Positions 36,557 to 45,298 of a stretch of DNA of 53,388 nt are shown in pieces. The position numbers and the translations under genes were made by a program. A model generated the notes under the pieces. It ran no database searches, was not told the DNA's origin, and saw only the letters and a program-made list of their open reading frames with translations. Within the stretch, counting starts at the first letter, position 1. Each line of letters begins with the position of its first letter. Source of the stretch: Candidatus Sulfopaludibacter sp. SbA3 (GTDB taxonomy: Bacteria; Acidobacteriota; Terriglobia; 2-12-FULL-54-10). Where the stretch lies: NCBI GenBank assembly GCA_945865705.1, contig CAMBEY010000001.1, positions 1 through 53,388 on the forward strand, in the 5' to 3' direction.

Positions 36557-38581
36557 ATGGAAAGTGATTCTGTGACTTCGACTTCCAGTACGTCACTCCC
36601 ACCGCCGTCGAACGCCTATTACTCCGCAGATGTAAGCGCACTACTTAGCGCGTCGCCTGAAGAAATCATCGGCGCTCTTATCACAAACAGCAACTTCTCG
36701 GTGGAGCTGGCCCAGCGGAATGCCTGGCTTCTTCAGATCACTGTCCTGAAGTCTGCTCTTGTCGGCGTGGAGGGAACGCTCTTCCTGGAGTTCGTTGTTC
36801 CACGCATCGGCAGTCGCCTCGACGCAGTCCTGATCGCAGGCAACGTCATCTTCGCCATTGAATTTAAGATTGGGGAATCGGATTACCATCGAGCTGACCT
36901 CAATCAAGTCTGGGACTACGCGTTGGACTTGAAAAACTTCCACAGGGGCAGCAAAGATGCGCCGATTATTCCCATACTTGCCGCAACCGAAGCCTTGTGG
37001 TCTGACACGGCCCTTCCCATGCCGCATCCGGATGGCGTCTATCCACCCAGCCGGTGCAACGCCGAAGGCCTCACGCGGCTCATCAAGGAAGGCCTCTCCA
37101 GCGCAACGGGCAATCCGCTCGATGCAATAGCGTGGGCCTCGTCTCCGTACCAACCCACTCCAACCATCATCGAAGCCGCGCAGGCTCTCTACTCGCAGCA
37201 CTCAGTCGCTGCGATTGCCCGACACGATGCCGGTGCCCGTAACCTAGCGGTCACCTCGCAACGTGTCGAGCAACTCATTGAAGAAGCGAGACAATTGGGG
37301 CGCAAGATCATAGTATTCGTCACTGGCGTGCCCGGCGCAGGGAAGACACTGGTTGGACTCAATGTCGCCACGAAAAAACGTAATGAAGAACAGCCCACTC
37401 ATGCCGTTTTTCTGTCTGGAAATGGCCCCTTAGTGGCCGTGCTTCGGGAAGCGCTCACGCGCGATGAAATCACGCGACTTCGTGAAAAAGGAGTTAGCAC
37501 GCGACGTGGAGTCATTGGGCAGCCTATCAAGGCATTCATCCAGAACGTCCATCATTTTCGGGATGAGGGACTCAGGCTTCAGGCACCACCAGTCGATCAC
37601 GTTGTAATCTTCGACGAAGCGCAACGGGCGTGGAACTTAAGGAAGACCGCGGATTTCATGCTGAGGAGGAAGAAGCAACCAGGATTCTCACAATCAGAAC
37701 CGGAATTTCTCATCTCCTATCTTGACCGCCATTTAGATTGGGCGGTAGTGATCTGCCTCGTGGGAGGAGGACAGGAAATCAACGACGGCGAAGCGGGAAT
37801 CACTGCTTGGCTGGATGCAGTGCGAGAGAAATTTCCAGACTGGCACGCTTATATCTCTCCGAATCTTACGGACAGCGAGTATGCGGCGGGACACGCGCTC
37901 GATACCATCGCCGGAAACACCCATGTCGTTCGAGACGATAGACTTCATCTCGCCGTTTCGATGAGATCATTCCGTGCCGAGTCAGTGTCGCAGCTTGTGA
38001 AGGCGGTTCTGGATTGCGAGGGCAGTACGGCCAGTGATCTCCTGGCACAGATATCAAAACGATACCCCATCACTCTGACTCGCGACCTGCAAAGGGCCAA
38101 GCGATGGATTCGAGATCATGCCCGCGGCTCGGAACGTTTCGGGATGGTTGCCTCATCTGGGGCTCAGCGCCTCAAGCCGCACGCTATCGATGTTCGAGTC
38201 GAGATCAACCCGGTGCACTGGTTTCTGAACACGGCAGACGACACGCGGTCCAGTTGGTACCTCGAAGATGCCGCGACGGAATTCCAAGTACAAGGACTCG
38301 AGCTCGACTGGGTCTGCATGACGTGGGATGCGGACCTCCGGTTTGCGCAGTCGGGATGGAGTTACAACGCGTTTCGTGGAAGCAAGTGGACATCCATACA
38401 CAAGTTGGACCGCCAGCAGTACCTGCGGAATGCATACCGGGTGCTTCTTACGCGAGCGCGGCAGGGAATGGTCATCTTCGTCCCGCCGGGAGATAGCATC
38501 GACGCCACCCGCGCACCCGCCTTCTATGATTCCACGTTTAGATACCTGTTGGAGCTTGGGTTGCCCGTACTAGAGCCATGA
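36557..38581 (+). CDS. DUF2075-type protein: N-terminal PD-(D/E)xK-like nuclease domain fused to an SF1-like P-loop helicase/ATPase
   Basis: RLDAVLIAGNVIFAIEFKIGE (D...E-x-K core), Walker A VTGVPGAGKT, Walker B VVIFDEAQRAW and C-terminal YRVLLTRARQGMVIFVP. ATG at 36557, one codon inside the track ORF. Confidence 0.85.
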   Translation: MESDSVTSTSSTSLPPPSNAYYSADVSALLSASPEEIIGALITNSNFSVELAQRNAWLLQITVLKSALVGVEGTLFLEFVVPRIGSRLDAVLIAGNVIFAIEFKIGESDYHRADLNQVWDYALDLKNFHRGSKDAPIIPILAATEALWSDTALPMPHPDGVYPPSRCNAEGLTRLIKEGLSSATGNPLDAIAWASSPYQPTPTIIEAAQALYSQHSVAAIARHDAGARNLAVTSQRVEQLIEEARQLGRKIIVFVTGVPGAGKTLVGLNVATKKRNEEQPTHAVFLSGNGPLVAVLREALTRDEITRLREKGVSTRRGVIGQPIKAFIQNVHHFRDEGLRLQAPPVDHVVIFDEAQRAWNLRKTADFMLRRKKQPGFSQSEPEFLISYLDRHLDWAVVICLVGGGQEINDGEAGITAWLDAVREKFPDWHAYISPNLTDSEYAAGHALDTIAGNTHVVRDDRLHLAVSMRSFRAESVSQLVKAVLDCEGSTASDLLAQISKRYPITLTRDLQRAKRWIRDHARGSERFGMVASSGAQRLKPHAIDVRVEINPVHWFLNTADDTRSSWYLEDAATEFQVQGLELDWVCMTWDADLRFAQSGWSYNAFRGSKWTSIHKLDRQQYLRNAYRVLLTRARQGMVIFVPPGDSIDATRAPAFYDSTFRYLLELGLPVLEP

Positions 38582-38587
38582 CTGGTG

Positions 38588-38637
38588 GGGCAGGCATTCC
38601 TGCCTGCCCTCCGGAGGACAGGTCGGGAGACCTGTCC
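38588..38637. repeat. pair of REP-like hairpins downstream of the DUF2075 gene
   Basis: GGGCAGGCA-TTCC-TGCCTGCCC (38588-38609) and GGACAGGTC-GGGA-GACCTGTCC (38616-38637). Both have a perfect 9-bp stem and 4-nt loop. No U-tract follows. Confidence 0.6.
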
Positions 38638-38764
38638 CTACTTAAACAGTTTCGCTACCGGACCTTGCCTGCGCCAGCCGACTTTGGTTTGCGCCGCGCC
38701 GTGCATGTGAGTCATCATATTGCCTTGCTCAAATCCCTGCTTCGCAATGTTTGAGAAATCGCCA

Positions 38765-40072
38765 ATGAAGTTAGCCTATCTGGATTGCTATTCCGGCGTG
38801 AGTGGCGACATGCTGCTCGGGGCGCTGATCGCCTGCGGCGCTGACCCCGGCCGTATCGAGGCTGATATCCATTCGTTGGGCTTGGCGGAGTTGCGCTTAA
38901 CCATCGAGACGGTCAAGCGCGGTGCGCTGGTCGGCACGCGTGCGGTGTTTGAGGCGCCGCCGCAGAAAGCGCACCGGCACTTCACGCACATCGCGGCGAT
39001 GATCGAGAAAGCGCCGCTCTCGGCGCGCGTCAAGGAGCAGGCCACCGCCATCTTCCGTCGGCTCGGCGAAGTGGAGGCCGCGATTCACGGAACCACGCTC
39101 GAGAAAGTTCATTTCCATGAGGTGGGTGCGCTCGATTCCATTGCCGACATTGTGGGCAACTGCTCGGCGCTCGAACAGCTGGGCATCGACGAACTGCACT
39201 GCTCGGCGCTAAACGTCGGCGGCGGGACCATCGAGTGCGATCACGGCACGCTGCCCGTTCCCGCGCCCGCCACCGTGGAACTCTTGAAGGGCTTGCCGAT
39301 TTACTCCTCCGGCGTTCAGGCCGAATTGGTAACGCCTACGGGCGCGGCCATCGTCGCCACGCTGGGCCGCGGCTTCGGCCCGCTGCCCGCGATGAAAGTC
39401 ATCGCCGTCGGCTACGGCGCGGGAATGCGCGATCTGCGCGAACAGCCCAACATGGTCCGCGTGACTTTAGGCGAAGCAATTAGCGGCGAGGCTATTGGTG
39501 GTGAAGCAATCGGCGGCGAAGCGATTGGCGATGAAACCATTCGCGGCGCAACCATCGGCGGCGCATCGGCGAGCGGCCTTTTGTCTCAGCGTTTGTTTCA
39601 GCATTTGTTTCAGCCGGGGAGCGATTCGCTCGAACGCCTCCTATTAATCGAGGCGAATCTCGACGATATGAATCCTCAGCTCTTCGATTATGTCGCAGAG
39701 CGTGCCTTCGCCGCCGGTGCGCTGGATGTTTACTTCACCGCCGTGCAGATGAAGAAAAATCGCCCGGGCGTGTTACTCAGCGTGCTTTGCCGTCCTGAGC
39801 AGGTCGGTGCGATCACGACCTTAATTTTCCTGGAGACCACAACACTCGGCGTGCGCAGCAGCGAAGTGTTGCGCCGTGCGCTGGAGCGCGAGATGATGGA
39901 AGTCGCTACACGCTACGGACCGATCCCCATAAAAGTGGCGCGGCTGAACGGCAAGGTGGTGAATTTCGCCCCGGAGTTTGATGATTGCCGCCGCATCGCC
40001 GCCGAGCGCGGTGTGGCCCTGCAGTCGGTCATGCTGGAGGCCAGCGCCGCATTTCTTCGGACGCAATCTTGA
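38765..40072 (+). CDS. larC: nickel insertion protein LarC (pyridinium-3,5-bisthiocarboxylate mononucleotide nickel chelatase)
   Basis: N-terminal MKLAYLDCYSGVSGDMLLGALI hallmark, HFHEVGALDSI, and a C-terminal LarC2-like domain. ATG at 38765 is preferred over the track start 38720. Confidence 0.88.
   Translation: MKLAYLDCYSGVSGDMLLGALIACGADPGRIEADIHSLGLAELRLTIETVKRGALVGTRAVFEAPPQKAHRHFTHIAAMIEKAPLSARVKEQATAIFRRLGEVEAAIHGTTLEKVHFHEVGALDSIADIVGNCSALEQLGIDELHCSALNVGGGTIECDHGTLPVPAPATVELLKGLPIYSSGVQAELVTPTGAAIVATLGRGFGPLPAMKVIAVGYGAGMRDLREQPNMVRVTLGEAISGEAIGGEAIGGEAIGDETIRGATIGGASASGLLSQRLFQHLFQPGSDSLERLLLIEANLDDMNPQLFDYVAERAFAAGALDVYFTAVQMKKNRPGVLLSVLCRPEQVGAITTLIFLETTTLGVRSSEVLRRALEREMMEVATRYGPIPIKVARLNGKVVNFAPEFDDCRRIAAERGVALQSVMLEASAAFLRTQS
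39470..39574 (+). repeat. 7 x 15-bp in-frame tandem repeat in the larC interdomain linker
   Basis: Encodes GEAIS-GEAIG-GEAIG-GEAIG-DETIR-GATIG-GASAS. The DNA units GGCGA(A/G)GC(A/T/G)AT(T/C).. are imperfectly repeated. Confidence 0.8.
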
Positions 40073-40159
40073 ACACTTCCCGCCGGACAGCATAAGATGG
40101 TCCTGACCCTTTCGTTCAGAACAGGACGACATTTAGAACGACAACAGGACACGACCCGC

Positions 40160-42235
40160 ATGGCAAAGTTTTACCTGACCACCCCGCTCTACTACGTCAA
40201 CGCCGCGCCGCATCTGGGCCACGCCTACTCGACGCTGGTCGCCGACACCATCCGCCGCTTCAAGCGCATGCAGGGCATTGACGCGTTCCTGCTCACCGGC
40301 ACCGACGAGCACGGCCAGAACATTGAGCGTATCGCGCGCGACCGCGCCATCCCGCCGCAGCAGCTTTGCGATGAGAACAACGCCGTGTTCCGCGCGCTCT
40401 GGGAAAAGCTGGGCATCGGCCACGACACGTTTATCCGCACCACGGAAGAGCGCCACAAACAAAGCGTGTTGGCGCTGTGGGCGCGCCTGCTGGAAAGCAA
40501 TGCGCCGGACGGGCAGCCAGCCATCTACCGCGGAAAATACGGCGGCTGGTACTGCCCGCCTTGCGAAGTGTTTAAGGATGAGTCCGAGCTGAAGCAGCCC
40601 GGCAACGTCTGCCCCGTTCATGACCGGTCGTGCGAGTGGACCGAGGAGGAGAATTATTTCTTCCGCCTCTCCGCGTATCAGAGCGCGCTGCTGGCGCACT
40701 ACGAAGCCAATCCCGATTTCATCCGGCCCGAGACGCGCCGCAATGAGGTAACTTCCTTCGTGAAGTCCGGCCTGCGCGATCTTTCCATCAGCCGCAGCAC
40801 GATCAAGTGGGGCATTCCGATTCCCAGGGCCGCCAGCGATACCGCCGGCTCCGCCGAACACGTTTTTTACGTCTGGCTGGACGCGCTGACCGGCTACATG
40901 AGCGGCATCGGTTACGGACAGCCAGGCGACGCCGGTAAGCAATTTGAAAAACTGTGGCCCGCCGATCTGCATCTGGTCGGCAAGGAGATTCTGCGCTTCC
41001 ACACCGTTTACTGGCCCGCGTTCCTGATGGCGGCGGGATTGCCGCTTCCTGGTGGCGTATTCGCCCACGGCTGGCTACTGTTTGAAGAGAGTAAGATGAG
41101 CAAATCGCGCGGCAACGTGGTCCGCGCCGAGCCGATCGTCGATGTGCTGGGCATTGATCCGCTGCGCTATTTCCTGCTGCGCGAAGTTCCCTTCGGGGCG
41201 GATGGAAACTTTTCGTTTGACTCACTTGTTTCCCGGTACAACAGCGATTTGGCCAACGATCTCGGCAACCTCTCAAGCCGCGTGCTGGCGATGATCACGC
41301 GCTACTTTAACGGCGAAATTCCTTATGCCTCGGCCGTGCAGCAGAGGACCGCCGGGGATCGCCACATATCTGAATTGGGTGTTCAAGTGGCGCAACGCTA
41401 TCAGGCGGCGTTCTCGCGCATGGAGTTCGGCATTGGCCTCGAAGCCGTGTGGGAGCTGGTCGCGGCGGTGAATAAGTACCTCGTGGAAATGGAGCCGTGG
41501 ACGCTCGCCGAGCGAGGCACGGACGACGACCGCTCGCGCCTGGCAACCATCCTTTCCACCTCCGCGGAGGCATTGCGTTTGGTAACCGGTCTGCTCTGGC
41601 CGGTGATGCCCGAGTCGATGGAGAAAATCTGGCGCCAACTCGGCCTCACCACCGATCTTTCCACTCTGACCTTCGACCAGTTGATCGCCTCATCGCTCGG
41701 CGTGGGTTCGAAGATCGGCAAGGTCGAGCCAGTGTTTCCCCGGCTGATAAAAGCGGAGGCGCTACAGAAACTCATCGAAGCGCAGGAGAAGTTTTCCGCG
41801 CAACTCGCCGCTGCCAAGCCTGTCGCTGCCAATTCAGAGGCATCGCCAGCGGCAGGTTCGTCCGAGGAGAATTCCCTCGCGCCGCTCGTCGCCGAGAAAT
41901 ACACCATCGACGAATTCATCAAGTGGGACCTGCGCGTGGGCGAAGTGCGCGTCGCCGAGCGCATCAAGGGCGCGTCAAAACTTTTGCGGCTGGAGATCGA
42001 TATCGGCGTCGAGGTCCGCCAGGTACTCGCGGGCATCGCTGAATTCTACGAGCCGGAAACGCTGATCGGCCGCAAAGTGGTGATCATCGCCAACCTGCAG
42101 CCACGCAAGATGCGCGGCCTGGAATCGAACGGCATGTTGCTGGCCGCCTCAGTGGGCAAGGAAGATCGCCCCGTGTTGGTCGGCTTCGCCGACAATGTAT
42201 TCAAGGACGTGCCCAACGGCGCGCGCCTGCGCTAA
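40160..42235 (+). CDS. metG: methionine--tRNA ligase with C-terminal tRNA-binding (Trbp111/EMAP-like) domain
   Basis: MAKFYLTTPLYYVNAAPHLGHAY (HIGH motif), KMSKSRGN, zinc-knuckle cysteines and a C-terminal OB-fold segment (DLRVG.V...E.I...KLL.L.IDIG). Confidence 0.96.
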   Translation: MAKFYLTTPLYYVNAAPHLGHAYSTLVADTIRRFKRMQGIDAFLLTGTDEHGQNIERIARDRAIPPQQLCDENNAVFRALWEKLGIGHDTFIRTTEERHKQSVLALWARLLESNAPDGQPAIYRGKYGGWYCPPCEVFKDESELKQPGNVCPVHDRSCEWTEEENYFFRLSAYQSALLAHYEANPDFIRPETRRNEVTSFVKSGLRDLSISRSTIKWGIPIPRAASDTAGSAEHVFYVWLDALTGYMSGIGYGQPGDAGKQFEKLWPADLHLVGKEILRFHTVYWPAFLMAAGLPLPGGVFAHGWLLFEESKMSKSRGNVVRAEPIVDVLGIDPLRYFLLREVPFGADGNFSFDSLVSRYNSDLANDLGNLSSRVLAMITRYFNGEIPYASAVQQRTAGDRHISELGVQVAQRYQAAFSRMEFGIGLEAVWELVAAVNKYLVEMEPWTLAERGTDDDRSRLATILSTSAEALRLVTGLLWPVMPESMEKIWRQLGLTTDLSTLTFDQLIASSLGVGSKIGKVEPVFPRLIKAEALQKLIEAQEKFSAQLAAAKPVAANSEASPAAGSSEENSLAPLVAEKYTIDEFIKWDLRVGEVRVAERIKGASKLLRLEIDIGVEVRQVLAGIAEFYEPETLIGRKVVIIANLQPRKMRGLESNGMLLAASVGKEDRPVLVGFADNVFKDVPNGARLR

Positions 42236-42267
42236 TTGTTCGCGGATTCCTCGCGTATCTTCCGGGT

Positions 42268-42300
42268 GTCATTCCGAGCGCAGCAAGGAATCTGCTTTTA
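42268..42300 (+). repeat. dispersed 33-nt hairpin repeat, copy B (partner at 1388-1420)
   Basis: GTCATTCCGAGCGCAGCAAGGAATCTGCTTTTA. The stem ATTCC/GGAAT differs from copy A (ATCCC/GGGAT) by a compensatory pair. It lies just 3' of metG and is followed by a pyrimidine-rich CTGACT/CTCCT-type tract up to the tatD ATG. Confidence 0.55.
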
Positions 42301-42352
42301 GCTTTGCGCTTTTATTCTGACTCCTAACTTCTGTCTCCTGACTTCTGATCTC

Positions 42353-43129
42353 ATGTTCGTTGACTCACACTGCCATCTCGAATTCCCCGATTTCGACGCT
42401 GACCGCGATGAAGTGTTCGCGCGCGCCCGCGCCGCCGGAGTGGATTACATCATAGCCATGGGCGGAGCGAACGGCCCGGCGCACCTGCGCTCCGGCCTCG
42501 CTATCGCGGAAGGCCGCGAGAACGTCTGGGCCACCACCGGCATCCACCCGCACGACGCCAAGGACGCGCGCGCCGAGCCCTACGCCGAACTGGCCGCGCT
42601 CGCCACCAACCCCAAGATCGTCGCCATCGGCGAGATTGGCCTCGACTACTTCCACGACCACTCGCCGCGCGACGTGCAACACCGCGTCTTCATCCAGCAA
42701 ATGGAAATCGCCGAGGCCGCGCGCCTGCCCATCGTGATCCACTGTCGCGACGCCTGGCACGACTGCCTCACGCTGATGGAACAACACTGGAAGCGCACCG
42801 GCCTCGGCGGCATCCTGCACTGCTTCAGCGGCACGCTCGAAGACGCCCGGCGCGGCATGGACATGGGCTTCTACGTGTCGTTCGCCGGCAACATCACGTT
42901 TCCCAAAGCCGCCCCGCTGCGCGAAGTCGCCGCGCAACTCCCGCGCAACATCCTACTCACCGAAACCGACGCCCCGTTCCTGGCCCCCGTCCCCCACCGC
43001 GGCAAGCGCAACGAGCCGTCGTTCATCCCGCTCGTCGCCGCGCAACTGGCCGCCGCGCAAAATGTCACGCCAGAGGAAATTGGCGCAATTACCACCGCCA
43101 ACTTCCTAAGCTTTGTTGCAAAAATTTAA
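42353..43129 (+). CDS. tatD: TatD-family metal-dependent hydrolase/DNase
   Basis: MFVDSHCHL start, EIGLDY, HCRDA, LHCFSG and ETDAPFL motifs. Confidence 0.9.
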   Translation: MFVDSHCHLEFPDFDADRDEVFARARAAGVDYIIAMGGANGPAHLRSGLAIAEGRENVWATTGIHPHDAKDARAEPYAELAALATNPKIVAIGEIGLDYFHDHSPRDVQHRVFIQQMEIAEAARLPIVIHCRDAWHDCLTLMEQHWKRTGLGGILHCFSGTLEDARRGMDMGFYVSFAGNITFPKAAPLREVAAQLPRNILLTETDAPFLAPVPHRGKRNEPSFIPLVAAQLAAAQNVTPEEIGAITTANFLSFVAKI

Positions 43130-43228
43130 TATTTTGAGGGTCAAGCGGTGCCATGAAACATTACTAATCACTATACAGCGATACGTCTTCTTAGAATTAT
43201 CAGGTGTTGTCATGAGGAGTTCATAGTT

Positions 43229-43852
43229 ATGCCGGTTTATCACTTCCTGCCACAGGAATGGGCATTGGACGACTTGAAAAATAAAAGGCTGAAAGTCGCT
43301 ACATTCGATGATTTGAATGATCCATTTGAACTACTTTGTTTCAACATGACGAATCCAACTGATTGCAAACGGTTTGATTTCATTAAGCAATATGCAATCT
43401 CGAATACCGGTATTCTCTGTTTTTCCCGCGAATGGAAAAATCCTTTGCTTTGGAGCCATTATGCTAATAAGCATTATGGAGTTTGCCTTGGATTCGAGGT
43501 CCCTGCGGATAAGCTCATCACTGTAAACTATACAGAAGTTCGACCAGCAGTGAATTGGGAGCTACCAGAACAGGAGATCGCTGAAAGTTTTCTCTCTACG
43601 AAGTTTGACGGATGGAATTATGAAAAAGAAATGCGATGCTTTCTCCCGCTGGCCACGGGGCAAAAGGATGCCTCCACTGGACACTACTTTACGGATTTTG
43701 GACCTTCCTTGAAGCTCCAAGAGATCATTATCGGACCACTTTCAAATCTAACTGAATTAGAAATTAAACCTTTGATTTACGGAATAGAGAATGAAGTTAA
43801 AGTGACAAAGACAAGGATAGGTTTGGAAAATTTTGAAGTTGTTCAGGCTTAA
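43229..43852 (+). CDS. DUF2971-family protein, unknown function
   Basis: Pattern LKN.RLKV..FDDLNDPFE ... ILCFS....NPLLWSHYANKHYGVCLGF matches the DUF2971 signature as I recall it. SD GAGGAG lies 9 nt upstream. The gene and its flanks are visibly AT-rich. Confidence 0.7.
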   Translation: MPVYHFLPQEWALDDLKNKRLKVATFDDLNDPFELLCFNMTNPTDCKRFDFIKQYAISNTGILCFSREWKNPLLWSHYANKHYGVCLGFEVPADKLITVNYTEVRPAVNWELPEQEIAESFLSTKFDGWNYEKEMRCFLPLATGQKDASTGHYFTDFGPSLKLQEIIIGPLSNLTELEIKPLIYGIENEVKVTKTRIGLENFEVVQA

Positions 43853-43922
43853 CGGTTTCAAGTCATATTCCGTGTATTGTTTCACAGGTAGATGATTTAG
43901 TTCTTACGAAGAATTCTGTGGA

Positions 43923-45224
43923 CTATTCCGAAGGTTCGCGGGTGATGCGGGCGCCTAGCGAGTTTAGTTTTTCTTCGATGCGCTCGTAGCCGCGGTCGAT
44001 GTGGTAGACGCGCTCGAGTATGGTCTCGCCTTGGGCGGCGAGGCCCGCCATCACCAGCGACGCGCTGGCGCGCAGATCGCTGGCGGTGATGCCTGCGCCG
44101 CTCAGCGGAGTTCTGCCGCGCACCACGGCGCGGTTGCCATCGACGCGGATGTCGGCGCCCATGCGCACCAGTTCCGGCGCGTGCATGAAGCGATTCTCAA
44201 AAATATTTTCCGTGACAACGGATATGCCCTCGGCCTGCGTGGCCAGCGCCATGTACTGCGCCTGCATGTCGGTGGGAAAGCCGGGATGCTCGGCGGTGGT
44301 CATGTCGGCGGCGCGCAGCGGGCCGGCGCCAAAGCCCGGCAACGAAGCGCGCAGGCTGGTTGCCGTGGGCGCGGTAATGGTCATGCCCGCCGCGCGGAAT
44401 TTCTCGATGACCGCCGTCAGATGATCCGGCTGGCAATCCTCCACGGTGATGTCGCCGCCGGTGATGCCCGCCGCCGCCAGAAACGTTCCGGCCTCGATGC
44501 GGTCGGGGATGATGGTATGCTCCGCGCCGCGCAATCGCTCGACGCCCTCCACTCGAATCGTGGAAGTGCCCGCGCCGGTGATCTTCGCTCCCATCTTGAT
44601 GAGCAGGTTTGCCAGGTCTTCCACTTCAGGCTCGCGCGCGGCGTTGTCGAGGATCGTCTCGCCTTCGGCCAGCGTGGCCGCCATCAGCAAATCTTCCGTG
44701 CCGGTAACCGTGATGCGGTCAAAATAAATACGCCCGCCGCGCAGCCGCTTCGAGCGTGCGATGACCATGCCGTGCTCGGTGGTAATCTCGGCGCCCAGTT
44801 TTTCGAGACCCTTGATGTGCAGGTCAATGGGCCGCGCGCCGATGGCGCAGCCGCCCGGCAGCGACACCCGCGCCTCGCCGCAGCGAGCGACCAGTGGGCC
44901 AAGAATAAGGGTCGAGGCGCGCATGGTGCGCACCTGCTCCCAGGGAACTTCCACGGTGGAGATTTTCGCGGCGTGAATTTTCAGTTGCCGCGCCGATGTC
45001 GACGGCCATGCCCAGCTCTGCTCGTCTTCCGCGATCTCCACGCCCAGCGATTTCAGCAAGCCGCAGGTGGTGCGGATGTCGCGGACAGAAGGAAGGTTGC
45101 GGAGAATCACCGGCTCATCGGTCAGCAGGCTCGCGGCGAGACACGGCAGCGCGGCATTCTTTGCGCCGCTGGTACGCACGGTGCCGCGCAGCGGCGTTCC
45201 ACCTTGAATTCGAAAACGGTCCAT
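43923..45224 (-). CDS. murA: UDP-N-acetylglucosamine 1-carboxyvinyltransferase
   Basis: [23 protein letters not shown]-terminus, catalytic-loop Cys ([14 protein letters not shown]). 433 aa. Confidence 0.96.
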   Translation of the reverse strand: MDRFRIQGGTPLRGTVRTSGAKNAALPCLAASLLTDEPVILRNLPSVRDIRTTCGLLKSLGVEIAEDEQSWAWPSTSARQLKIHAAKISTVEVPWEQVRTMRASTLILGPLVARCGEARVSLPGGCAIGARPIDLHIKGLEKLGAEITTEHGMVIARSKRLRGGRIYFDRITVTGTEDLLMAATLAEGETILDNAAREPEVEDLANLLIKMGAKITGAGTSTIRVEGVERLRGAEHTIIPDRIEAGTFLAAAGITGGDITVEDCQPDHLTAVIEKFRAAGMTITAPTATSLRASLPGFGAGPLRAADMTTAEHPGFPTDMQAQYMALATQAEGISVVTENIFENRFMHAPELVRMGADIRVDGNRAVVRGRTPLSGAGITASDLRASASLVMAGLAAQGETILERVYHIDRGYERIEEKLNSLGARITREPSE

Positions 45225-45298
45225 ATAGCCTCACGTGATATTGATGCATCGTTCATTCGAGCGTGTCCGCTTGCTAACGCGCGCGGCACTTTGACGCA

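Noticed and set aside
35630-36567. Seven 60-90-aa ORFs in the uvrA / DUF2075 intergenic region (35630-35818, 35731-35961, 35965-36192, 35989-36174, 36193-36390, 36287-36523, 36298-36567)
   Set aside because: They overlap each other on both strands, lack SD and start context, and have repeat-derived or R/P/G-rich sequences. They are best explained by the underlying DNA repeats and hairpins.
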